Shown: one piece after another, positions 26,017 to 34,603 of the stretch
Numbering within the stretch: the stretch's first letter is position 1
How the letters are laid out: each line of letters starts with the position of its first letter
Sequence record: MW250785
Reading direction: 5' to 3' (one strand)
Source of the DNA: Escherichia phage UPEC03
DNA: 64,000 nt
Notes under the pieces: generated by a model
Databases searched by the model: none
Told to the model about the DNA's origin: nothing
Seen by the model: only the letters and a program-made list of their open reading frames with translations
Made by a program: the position numbers and the translations under genes

Positions 26017-28263
26017 TTAGATTTTGACTTCTTTTTCTTCCAGGACGATTTCACATTCGAATGATGTGGTTTCCCAGACTTTCCAGAAATCGGATGGAAT
26101 ATTATCTTCTTTCGGAAGAATATCTTTTGCAGCGATAGAAACTTTGGTTTCTTCGAAGTCCAGATCCGCGAACCATGCATGGGCTACTACAACACCGTAC
26201 ATTACGCGACTTAAACGGGCATTCAGTTTACGGACTTCCTGAATCGTTGCCTTTGTCTGCTTATCAAGATACTCGACTACCTGATCTTTGTCAAGCGCAT
26301 CCAGTTCAGATTTCACCTGATCGTAAGCCCACAGGATAATCAGGTCGCCGTTGTTCAGTTTCTTCTTACCTTCGTCACGTTTCGCGACGGTAGCCGCTAC
26401 AGCAGGAAGGGAGGAAACACCCTTGACTTTCACGTTCAGTTCTTTCGACATGTAAACATCAGTCGATTCTGTGCGCTCAACCTTCGGAGAGAACCCGTAA
26501 TCACGAATATCCTGTTCAGACAGCCATTCACCCGCTGCATCACCAAAGCGCTGTTTCAGCCCTTCTGCGTTGCGCAGTCCGATCGCGTTGTCACGGAAGA
26601 ACTTCATAACCTTCTGACGGCCTTTCAGGATTTCCAGACGCACGTTATCAGTCACGAACTCTTTACCGCTTAACCCGCGAGTCATGCCACGGTTAACCAG
26701 AGGCAGAGAGGTAAAGTCTACCAGTACCGACATACGGTCATCACCGATTTTTTCCAGCGGCTTGATAGTCAGGCCAGAAGCGCGAAGGTTTTTCAGTGTC
26801 GGAATATCAGTTTCCAGCGGCAGAACTTTCACGTTCACGATACCATCTTTAACGATGGTGAAGTTACGCACCTGCTTAGTTTCGATTTTTTCCGGCAGAC
26901 CGAATTCTTTCTGTTTGCTTTCTGGGATAGTCACATACCCTTCCAGATCCGTGTTGATGGAAATGTTAGGACGGGAACTGTTACCCACCAGATGTTTAAC
27001 CGATACTTTGGTTGTGGTCTGGGTAAATTTCGGTGTCCAGACTTCATGCGCTACCATTTGCGCCGCCAGTGCTTTACGTTCTTCTGGGATTGCAGCGTTT
27101 GCGATCTGTTCGGTCAGTTGATCCAGTGTATCATCTTCTTTCTGTACAGTCTGACGGCCTGTGCGGTTATACGCCCAGTGCTCAGAAGACAGGTCGATCA
27201 CTGTGTCAGTTTGTGCCAGCAGTTCGAGCGCATCAACCAGAGTGAACGCGTTTTCGTCTGGAACCATGTTGTAATCAATACCATCAACGAAACGCTGTGA
27301 TGGATCTACAACAGCCTGTGCAATCAGGTCTTTCGCGTTGGAGTAGTCCTGTTTGGTAAAGCAGTTGTCATACGCCTTGATCAGACGGACATCACCCAGC
27401 TTTTGAAGCACTTTCCATGCCAGATCAGGGTTCATTGTGTGCAGTGCATGATAAAGCACGACATACAGAACTTGCTGTTCGCTGGCGATGTTCGGATCGA
27501 ATCCGTCAACATCATTAATCGCGTTTTCACCCAGCGCCCAGATGTTTTTGATGTGTTCTGGAACTAGCACAACACCGTTTGCAGCGTTCAGGACATACAC
27601 GCACCCTTCGTCCAGGTAGATCGCATGGGTAGCATCAGCAACTTTGACTTCGATACGCGCGGAAGTCTGCGCGGTGATGATTTCGTTAAATGCTGGTTCG
27701 TATGCGTCGAAACCTTCAACGAATTTGTGCAATGCGTTGGTTGCTTCTGCCATTTTTTCCAGCAGAGGACGGTTTACATAATAACCGTATTCCAGGAACG
27801 CGATACTGTTGAAAGTCAGTGGCAGAACCGCACACGCTTTCAGAATATCATCGGTACGCCAGCAGTTATCATAACCATCAGTCAGGAAGATCAGGCTGTT
27901 CAGGTTGCCGTTTTCAGATTGCAGATCGGTAGCGATTTCCGCAGCCAGATTCAACGGCTCAACAAAGCCAGTACAACCCGTAGGTTTCAGGTAACGGTCG
28001 ATAGCCGCGCAGATGTTAGACAGGTCAGAGACATTGCTAACCTTCTCACCACGGAACACCGTGCCGTAATCGCCTTTGCTGGAGAAGTACAGGATCGAAA
28101 CGGTGTCATCCTGTTTAACCAGACTCGCCAGATTTGCTTTCAGGTGTTTACGGATCTTAGGCAGTTCGTTGTACATTGAACCGGATACGTCACACACGAA
28201 AACGTGGTTTGTCGGGGTTGGCTTCGATACAGCGTTTTTGAATTCGATATTTGTGATTGACAT
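26017..28263 (-). CDS. von Willebrand factor A (vWA) domain protein
   Basis: 748 aa; N-terminal MIDAS motif VFVCDVSGSM and later FLTDGYDN; long C-terminal region with no motif recognised. Confidence 0.7.
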   Translation of the reverse strand: MSITNIEFKNAVSKPTPTNHVFVCDVSGSMYNELPKIRKHLKANLASLVKQDDTVSILYFSSKGDYGTVFRGEKVSNVSDLSNICAAIDRYLKPTGCTGFVEPLNLAAEIATDLQSENGNLNSLIFLTDGYDNCWRTDDILKACAVLPLTFNSIAFLEYGYYVNRPLLEKMAEATNALHKFVEGFDAYEPAFNEIITAQTSARIEVKVADATHAIYLDEGCVYVLNAANGVVLVPEHIKNIWALGENAINDVDGFDPNIASEQQVLYVVLYHALHTMNPDLAWKVLQKLGDVRLIKAYDNCFTKQDYSNAKDLIAQAVVDPSQRFVDGIDYNMVPDENAFTLVDALELLAQTDTVIDLSSEHWAYNRTGRQTVQKEDDTLDQLTEQIANAAIPEERKALAAQMVAHEVWTPKFTQTTTKVSVKHLVGNSSRPNISINTDLEGYVTIPESKQKEFGLPEKIETKQVRNFTIVKDGIVNVKVLPLETDIPTLKNLRASGLTIKPLEKIGDDRMSVLVDFTSLPLVNRGMTRGLSGKEFVTDNVRLEILKGRQKVMKFFRDNAIGLRNAEGLKQRFGDAAGEWLSEQDIRDYGFSPKVERTESTDVYMSKELNVKVKGVSSLPAVAATVAKRDEGKKKLNNGDLIILWAYDQVKSELDALDKDQVVEYLDKQTKATIQEVRKLNARLSRVMYGVVVAHAWFADLDFEETKVSIAAKDILPKEDNIPSDFWKVWETTSFECEIVLEEKEVKI

Positions 28264-28599
28264 TTAAATTTTCTCGTATTTGAATTTTTCTAAAATTTCG
28301 TTAACTTTATTGCTTACTGCTTCGACTGTACGATCACACCCGAACTTACGCGCCAGGAGTTCAACGTATTCATCCATCGTAGTGAGTTTGGATTCTGCAA
28401 CGTCAAACGCAAGCGCATACATTACTGGATTCAATACTCGAACGATTTGGAGAGTATACTCGTTCAGTTCAAAACGTTCAAGATATTTTCGCAGAGAAAA
28501 TACATCAAACGGTGCGGGGCGATCCTGGCTAAAGGGGATCGACTCCCCTAATGCATAGCGAGGCATAACAACACAGACTTCGGTTTTTAACTTATCCAT
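28264..28599 (-). CDS. hypothetical protein
   Basis: 111-aa ORF between paralogue B and the vWA gene. Confidence 0.5.
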   Translation of the reverse strand: MDKLKTEVCVVMPRYALGESIPFSQDRPAPFDVFSLRKYLERFELNEYTLQIVRVLNPVMYALAFDVAESKLTTMDEYVELLARKFGCDRTVEAVSNKVNEILEKFKYEKI

Positions 28600-29111
28600 C
28601 AGTGATGACTCTTTGATGTGTGTTCAAGGTTACGGAAGATGTTTCCATGTTCCAGTTGAGTTCCGATCGGGCCGCATTCATCGGAGTACGTGAATTCATA
28701 GATAAACACGCCGTCCTGATTGCCATACTTCGTGTTGTACTCTTCATACAACCACATTTTGATCAGAGCGTCTTTCTCTTCTGTGTCCAGATCGTACCAG
28801 TCTCGCCCGTCATACGCAAGCGCAATTTGAGGGTTTGAACGGTAGCGGGTTTCTGCGCTTTCTTCGGTTTCCCAGTCATAGCGTTTATCGTCGTAGAACG
28901 ATTCAAAGCTATTACCCAGATGACCGCCTAAGTCACGGTGAACATGATTGACCACTTCTTCCGCTGTTAACGGAGGATTGTAGTAACCGCAGTTCGGAAC
29001 GCAATCACCCATCATTTCGCGCAGGTTGTCGATATTAGTCGGATCTTTCGGGAACCGGACGATGAAACTACTTGATGAACTGTTGCTCACAAAACCAGAA
29101 CGGATTTTCAT
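28599..29111 (-). CDS. hypothetical protein, paralogue B with conserved N-terminal peptide
   Basis: 170 aa; N-terminus MKIRSGFVSNSSSSSF identical to paralogue A; RBS gagga. Confidence 0.65.
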   Translation of the reverse strand: MKIRSGFVSNSSSSSFIVRFPKDPTNIDNLREMMGDCVPNCGYYNPPLTAEEVVNHVHRDLGGHLGNSFESFYDDKRYDWETEESAETRYRSNPQIALAYDGRDWYDLDTEEKDALIKMWLYEEYNTKYGNQDGVFIYEFTYSDECGPIGTQLEHGNIFRNLEHTSKSHH

Positions 29112-29341
29112 TTTACATCCTCAAATTGTAAGTTTTCTTTGGTTGCGTTCGCAATGGCTTTTTCGTTGCTCAGTGTTACTATGCGCAGACGTTCTCCAGT
29201 AAAGCCGTCGCATTCAGTGATACTTACCCAGTCAAAAGGTTTAGCCATTTCAATCGCACGTTCCAGCGATACGGTAGAACCGACCAAATCACTAAATGTA
29301 TAGTAATCTTCGCTTAAACTTTCAACAGTATAAATTTTCAC
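29108..29341 (-). CDS. hypothetical protein
   Basis: 77 aa; N-terminus MKIYTVESL resembles that of ORF 29577..29849. Confidence 0.5.
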   Translation of the reverse strand: MKIYTVESLSEDYYTFSDLVGSTVSLERAIEMAKPFDWVSITECDGFTGERLRIVTLSNEKAIANATKENLQFEDVK

Positions 29342-29580
29342 GATACTTTACCTTTTGTTTCAGATTTCAGGACGATGTTACTGTAAGGATCTTTTGCTAC
29401 CAGTTCCCACAGGTCGCCAGGATGTTCCCCGCTACGGTAGACGGATGAACGGATGATTTCGTTAAACTTGCTCAGGGCTTCGTCTATGTCGTCATACCCG
29501 CATTTGAGAGGCTTACGGTTGCAACGAATGAAGAACATTTCGTTGGTATTCTCCCAGCGTTCGGCGTTTTTAACCTTCAT
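29338..29580 (-). CDS. hypothetical protein
   Basis: 80-aa ATGA-coupled ORF. Confidence 0.5.
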   Translation of the reverse strand: MKVKNAERWENTNEMFFIRCNRKPLKCGYDDIDEALSKFNEIIRSSVYRSGEHPGDLWELVAKDPYSNIVLKSETKGKVS

Positions 29581-29849
29581 ACCGCCTCCATTTTACCAAT
29601 GACTTCTTCGTATGTCACAGGGTTAGGTTCATAGCCGTTAGCGCCTATTGTATCGCCTACTCTGTTTCCTACTAAAGAAGCAACCGCAACTTTCTTGCCG
29701 TCTTTCCACGCAGTGAAATGCAGATTATCCGCAACATACGGGAAGGTTTCGTGATTGTTCACCGCGTCGATGCAGTCCATAACGGTATCAGACGCGCAGA
29801 TCAGATTACCAGGTTCATAATCAACCAAACATTCAACAGTGTAAATCAT
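29577..29849 (-). CDS. hypothetical protein
   Basis: 90 aa; N-terminus MIYTVECL. Confidence 0.5.
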   Translation of the reverse strand: MIYTVECLVDYEPGNLICASDTVMDCIDAVNNHETFPYVADNLHFTAWKDGKKVAVASLVGNRVGDTIGANGYEPNPVTYEEVIGKMEAV

Positions 29850-29868
29850 AATAATTTCCTCACGAAAA

Positions 29869-29884
29869 AGCCCCTTTCGGGGCT
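29869..29884. terminator. hairpin terminator
   Basis: agcccc-tttc-ggggct with flanking A/T runs. Confidence 0.55.
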
Positions 29885-29891
29885 TGATTAA

Positions 29892-30170
29892 TCAGTGTCC
29901 GAACACACCACGAATAGACTCTGCGAACGCGTACAGTTCAGGGTTTTTCGCTTTCACTGTTTCGATTTGTTCCAGGATGTAATCTGGTTTGTATTTCGCA
30001 CCGAACCAGCAGTAAGAGAAAGAACGATCCCACATGAACACGTTGTAGTATTCACCGTTACGCACTTCAACCATCACGTAACCTGGATTAGAACCCAGCG
30101 GGTAATCTTTCAGTAGATTAAATTTCGCACCAGCGCCAGTACATCCGTTAAACAGGTCATTAAAAGTCAT
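29892..30170 (-). CDS. hypothetical protein
   Basis: 92-aa ORF. Confidence 0.5.
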   Translation of the reverse strand: MTFNDLFNGCTGAGAKFNLLKDYPLGSNPGYVMVEVRNGEYYNVFMWDRSFSYCWFGAKYKPDYILEQIETVKAKNPELYAFAESIRGVFGH

Positions 30171-30223
30171 GGTATGTTCCTTTTCAGTTTCGTTTCGGTA
30201 AAGCTAATGTATCACTATCCTGG

Positions 30224-30760
30224 TCAGTATGCAATGTTTAATTTTGCAAATTTACCAAAATGTTTTATCGCTTCCCGATCGTATGCTTTTGCAGCCTCGT
30301 ATTCGTCACGATAGGAACCGATATGTTTAACCTTGCCGTCAATCTTTATCTGTGCAATGTAACGTATTCCAGTAGGTTGATCACGTACACATACACCCTT
30401 GAATCGACTGGTTGCTACTCTTCGTTTAGTCCGGTTCTGACAGTTTCGGGATTGATCCGCTTCACGCAAGTTATCAATCCCGTCGCCAGCCTCAACACCA
30501 TTTTTATGATCAATCACATCAGGCAGTTTTCCGGTTGCAACGTAGTAGATGATTCGATGACGTAGATATCCTTTGCTTTTGAAATAAACGCGGGTATATC
30601 CTCCTTTAATCTTCGAACCTACTTCCTTTCCGATCAAGTCAGAACGTTTGTGTGACGTTCGTATAATTGTCCCCGTTTGTATATCAACAGAAACAGTTTT
30701 AAGGAATTCGTCAATTCCTTTCTGTTCTTCTTCGATTGTTCTTAGTCCGTTGTGTGACAT
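30224..30760 (-). CDS. HNH homing endonuclease with AP2 domain
   Basis: HNH core RHRIIYYVATGKLPDVIDHKNGVEAGDGIDNLR; AP2-like FKGVCVRD...YIAQIKIDGK...GSYRDEYEAAKAYD; overlaps the methyltransferase gene 3' end. Confidence 0.7.
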   Translation of the reverse strand: MSHNGLRTIEEEQKGIDEFLKTVSVDIQTGTIIRTSHKRSDLIGKEVGSKIKGGYTRVYFKSKGYLRHRIIYYVATGKLPDVIDHKNGVEAGDGIDNLREADQSRNCQNRTKRRVATSRFKGVCVRDQPTGIRYIAQIKIDGKVKHIGSYRDEYEAAKAYDREAIKHFGKFAKLNIAY

Positions 30761-31665
30761 AACACCTTCTTGATTTGTTTTGCTATAGCCTCGATTACTG
30801 GTATTGAAACAGAATTACCTGCTTGTTTATACGCTTGCATCTTGCTTTTGTTGATAATAAACGAATCTGGGAAACCCTGCAAACGAAAACACTCACGGGG
30901 AGTAAGTCTTCGGGGGTTCTTTCCTTCCTGCAATACCAGACATTGAACACCATCTTTATAGTAATTTGCAGTGATAGTCCCAGTGTGCGTAGAATCGCTT
31001 GTGACGGCCTGATAACCGAAACCCTTACCGTTTGCCTTATTTCGTTCCTTACGCTCTCTAAAGCCCTTCCATGCGTTATCTGACAGGGTGAACGAATCAT
31101 CAGCATCTTCGAGGATGTCGCCTACGCGTGTAGGGGTACGCGGGGGAACCGGAAACGAAAAGAATACATCATCCAGGAAGCAGACAATAAACACGCGTTC
31201 CCGTCTTTGGGGTAGTCCGAAATCCTTTGTGTTCAGGCGTTGATAGAATACGTTATATCCTTCGGCCTCCAGAAGCCCGTAAATCGTTTTAAACGTCTTC
31301 CCCTTGTCATGGGTTAGCAGTTCAGGCACGTTCTCAAAGAACAACACACGGGGCTTTTTAGCGCGTATAATGCGGAGGATTTCGAAGAACACCGTACCGC
31401 GTACATCATCAAAGCCCAGTTTCAATCCGGCTTTACTGAACGCCTGACACGGGAACCCCGCGAGCAGGATATCATGATCAGGTACTTTGTTTTCATCAAT
31501 GGCGAATAGATCACCCTGTAGGTTATCATCGCCCCAGTTTTCGATATATGTTTGCTGTGCGAACTTGTCGATTTCAGACGTTAAAAGGCATTCGACACCG
31601 CCGAACGCCTTATCAAATCCTAATCGAACCCCGCCCACACCAGCGCAGAGGTCAATTATTTTCAT
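30742..31665 (-). CDS. DNA (cytosine-5)-methyltransferase
   Basis: 307 aa with C5-MTase motifs I DLCAGVGG, IV GFPCQAFS, VI FFENV, VIII QRRERVFIV and X AGNSV. Confidence 0.85.
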   Translation of the reverse strand: MKIIDLCAGVGGVRLGFDKAFGGVECLLTSEIDKFAQQTYIENWGDDNLQGDLFAIDENKVPDHDILLAGFPCQAFSKAGLKLGFDDVRGTVFFEILRIIRAKKPRVLFFENVPELLTHDKGKTFKTIYGLLEAEGYNVFYQRLNTKDFGLPQRRERVFIVCFLDDVFFSFPVPPRTPTRVGDILEDADDSFTLSDNAWKGFRERKERNKANGKGFGYQAVTSDSTHTGTITANYYKDGVQCLVLQEGKNPRRLTPRECFRLQGFPDSFIINKSKMQAYKQAGNSVSIPVIEAIAKQIKKVLCHTTD

Positions 31666-31931
31666 ACGTCAAAATCAATCTCGTCGATTTTGTATGAGTT
31701 TTCGTCAATGTCCGCCCATAGGGTTACATTAACGTGTTTGCTATCTTCGTACAACTGGCGACCATCAATCCCGCCCGTGTAATTGCTTTCGGTACGTTCA
31801 GTAACTTCCAGTCGGAGGCTATCGCGCATGATCTGAACAACAGCCTGTTCCAGTGTAACTGCGTCTGGGTTTTTGGTATCGCCCAGTACAACATCTTTAA
31901 CGTTCAAAATAATATCAGTCATTAGTGCCAC
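31662..31931 (-). CDS. hypothetical protein
   Basis: 89-aa ORF coupled to the methyltransferase gene. Confidence 0.5.
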   Translation of the reverse strand: MALMTDIILNVKDVVLGDTKNPDAVTLEQAVVQIMRDSLRLEVTERTESNYTGGIDGRQLYEDSKHVNVTLWADIDENSYKIDEIDFDV

Positions 31932-32164
31932 TCCGTTTTAATACCATGTCGGTATGCGTCAATCCCCAGCGGGGTAATCAGCAACCATGCTTTCGAATTA
32001 TCGTGATAGCCCGTTACCCTTCGAGCGTAACCTTTTTGAATCAGGGCATCACGCCCTGATTTGCTGGGTACGTCATCGAAATCTAAGTCTAGCACCTTAG
32101 TTGCATATCCGTAAAGTTTATACAGAACATCAATTTCAGCGCCGGACAATTTAGGATACATCAT
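31922..32164 (-). CDS. hypothetical protein
   Basis: 80-aa ORF. Confidence 0.5.
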   Translation of the reverse strand: MMYPKLSGAEIDVLYKLYGYATKVLDLDFDDVPSKSGRDALIQKGYARRVTGYHDNSKAWLLITPLGIDAYRHGIKTEWH

Positions 32165-33162
32165 TTGTAATACCCCACAACATGATCGCGGTATACGCGT
32201 TCGATGAAATCGTTCCAGAATTCGCGGTCAACTTCTTTCGGATATGTTGAAATCGCTGCAAGCCGTTCGACTTCGCCCATGACTTCTTCCAGCTTTTCCT
32301 GTACGGTTGCGAACGGTACGCCGCCAGCTTTAACCAGTTTCAGGAATGCGCTATCAGGCAGAGGATAAACGATATCACCATCTTTGTAAATCTGGATCAA
32401 CTGCATACCACCGCGCAACGCGTGACTTAAAGCCTTCCAGTCGATGCCGTTGTTGGCTTCTGCTTGTCGTGCGCGTTCTCCGTATTCATCCCAGAGTTTG
32501 TACACTGACTTACGCATTTCATCGGCTTTGATCGTGAACTGGAATTTACGCCCCAGCACTTCATAGAAGTCCTGACAACCAGATTTCATTGTCGTGTCGG
32601 TAACGAATCGGCAGAACTCGTTTGTAGGGAAACGATTCTTGATGTCAGACACTTTCACTTCACGCGTATAGCGTTTCATATCTGGTGTGAATTCCTGAAT
32701 ACCACCGATCGTTTCGGTTTCTTTCAGTACATCGACAACTTCGCGCAGTGCAGCCAGTCGGGAACCTTTCACACCATATTTTGCGGCTTGCTTGCGAACA
32801 TAACCGAACAGGCCAGTTAGTTCAGTGGTGTAAAAACGCCAGCGGTTAGCGCGGATATACTGCCAGATTTCAGAGTTAGCGATCAGCTTGTCATCCGAAG
32901 CGTGAAGCATATCGAGCGCTACGGTATCACCATCACACGCAAGGCTGATAAACTTAGTCAGACTATACAACTGACGATCAACGTCGTCTACGGTGTTTTT
33001 AGAGCTTTTATCGCCCGTGCTGGTGTCGATAGACTTCTTCGCAGTGCCTAACAGGATTTCGCGAGGATGAGGGAGATAGATCCCTTTGTAGTCTTTATCG
33101 CTTGTTGGTGTTTCCAGTCCGTAAAGATGGGATCCAAAAATCATTTCAGTAATCATTTTCAT
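32161..33162 (-). CDS. nucleotidyltransferase (pol-beta superfamily) of unknown specificity
   Basis: GS-x10-DxD signature FGSHLYGLETPTSDKDYKG; start moved to ATG 33162, which has RBS ggag and a TAATG overlap with the upstream stop. Confidence 0.55.
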   Translation of the reverse strand: MKMITEMIFGSHLYGLETPTSDKDYKGIYLPHPREILLGTAKKSIDTSTGDKSSKNTVDDVDRQLYSLTKFISLACDGDTVALDMLHASDDKLIANSEIWQYIRANRWRFYTTELTGLFGYVRKQAAKYGVKGSRLAALREVVDVLKETETIGGIQEFTPDMKRYTREVKVSDIKNRFPTNEFCRFVTDTTMKSGCQDFYEVLGRKFQFTIKADEMRKSVYKLWDEYGERARQAEANNGIDWKALSHALRGGMQLIQIYKDGDIVYPLPDSAFLKLVKAGGVPFATVQEKLEEVMGEVERLAAISTYPKEVDREFWNDFIERVYRDHVVGYYK

Positions 33163-33920
33163 TATACAAATCTCCAATAAAACCCTTTATGAGTTTTTCT
33201 TTTACCGTTACAGCATGAACTTACATGCCCTTTGTTATACCCCATTTCAACGGCTTCCACAATACCACCATTTAAAATAGTTTCTCTTTCTGTTTTGATA
33301 CATTTCATAATCAAAGGTTTTATCAATTCCGTCTTCTTTTGTGAAATATTAGCTAATGCAATTACATTTCTGATATCAGATTCACTCATTAAATCAGAAA
33401 TCTTCTTTCTTAACCATACATAGCCTTGACTTTTGGCAAGTTTGCCGGAGCAACATTCATGAATATGACTAGGGTTAAATCCACGCAATTTCATTTCTTG
33501 CCGACCGCCTAATATGATAATCTCGTCTCCTGTTTCAAGGTTGAATCCGACAACTGGAATTATTTGCCGTTCCGACATTTTCTTTCTCGCTTCTTTCGTG
33601 AATATTGTAAGAGATTTTAATTTTCTCGCGTCGCTCATTTGCGAAGATGTCGTTTTGTATTTCTTAGTATTATGAGACATACGGAAAAAAGCATATCTCA
33701 TTTTATCACCAGCATACTTAGCAAGTAGATGATGAGCAAGATAATGCTCTTTATATGTTAAATATACTAAATTTTCGGGTTCATCAGTACCACCTAATGA
33801 CTTAGCAACGATATGGTGTATATCATAACCGCGCTTTCTATACTTTTTCGAGTAACCTTTAGGTATATCTCTTCTTTTTGCCAATGTAATTAGTTGGTCG
33901 TAAATACGCTTATAGTTCAT
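33162..33920 (-). CDS. HNH homing endonuclease (Mob-like family)
   Basis: HNH motif YDIHHIVAKSLGGTDEPENLVYLTYKEHYLAHH; start at internal ATG 33920 with RBS ggag; paralogous to ORF 61728..62396. Confidence 0.65.
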   Translation of the reverse strand: MNYKRIYDQLITLAKRRDIPKGYSKKYRKRGYDIHHIVAKSLGGTDEPENLVYLTYKEHYLAHHLLAKYAGDKMRYAFFRMSHNTKKYKTTSSQMSDARKLKSLTIFTKEARKKMSERQIIPVVGFNLETGDEIIILGGRQEMKLRGFNPSHIHECCSGKLAKSQGYVWLRKKISDLMSESDIRNVIALANISQKKTELIKPLIMKCIKTERETILNGGIVEAVEMGYNKGHVSSCCNGKRKTHKGFYWRFV

Positions 33921-34050
33921 ACACTCTCCTTTAGGCGTATTTATCACTTAAAATCCGAACACGGTTTCCATAATCATTTTCATCAGAATTCAACCTTTAA
34001 TGTTTTTGCGATCCCGCGCAATTCCGCGGTAGTAATAACAGGGATCATAA

Positions 34051-34323
34051 TCATTTCCTCACAGTTTCAAATTCTTCGTCAGATTTCCAGTACACGTTAA
34101 AGTTACGGCAATCGTGGTCGGAAGTCAACGTATATTTTTCTTTTGTTTTCTCGTCGGTGATCACCATCGTTTCATTCTCGATCGAGTCCACACCATAGAC
34201 GAATACTTTATCACCGCGTTTATTCAGGAACGCTTCACCTGTTTCAACCAACTGCCAGCAGTTGACGGGTAAACCACCCGCACAGATCGGACGGTTTACG
34301 AGGCAGTAAGGACGTTTAATCAT
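34051..34323 (-). CDS. hypothetical protein
   Basis: 90-aa ORF. Confidence 0.5.
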   Translation of the reverse strand: MIKRPYCLVNRPICAGGLPVNCWQLVETGEAFLNKRGDKVFVYGVDSIENETMVITDEKTKEKYTLTSDHDCRNFNVYWKSDEEFETVRK

Positions 34324-34514
34324 TTAAATTCTTCCATTGCATAGGAAGTAAGATCTTTGAAATACCTTGCGGTGTTGCCTTCTGGGTTGTTTGTAATCTC
34401 CATCAGGATAACAGCACCATCAACTCCTGCTTTCTTAGCCATGAATGAAATGGCTTCGGTAGCAATAATCGTTGCTTTCATAACATCAGCTTTAGAAACG
34501 TTGATCGTATTCAT
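34320..34514 (-). CDS. hypothetical protein
   Basis: 64-aa ORF downstream of the cassette; RBS aaaaggaag. Confidence 0.5.
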   Translation of the reverse strand: MNTINVSKADVMKATIIATEAISFMAKKAGVDGAVILMEITNNPEGNTARYFKDLTSYAMEEFK

Positions 34515-34547
34515 TTTTCTTCCTTTTCATTATTCATGCGGTATGTG

Positions 34548-34603
34548 TATATAATACAAAAGCCCTCACGCGAACGCAAGGGCTTTTTTAATCTTTTATC
34601 AGA
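34548..34603 (-). promoter_or_regulatory. PeSL-like stem-loop/promoter cassette
   Basis: minus-strand reading: aaaaaagccc-TTGCGT...-gggctttt hairpin, TATTAT, ACACATACCGCATGAA leader. Confidence 0.5.

Noticed and set aside
26684-28179. Plus-strand ORFs (26684..27121, 26992..27300, 27625..28179) inside the vWA gene
   Set aside because: They are antisense to a long, motif-supported gene with no start signals; taken as chance frames.
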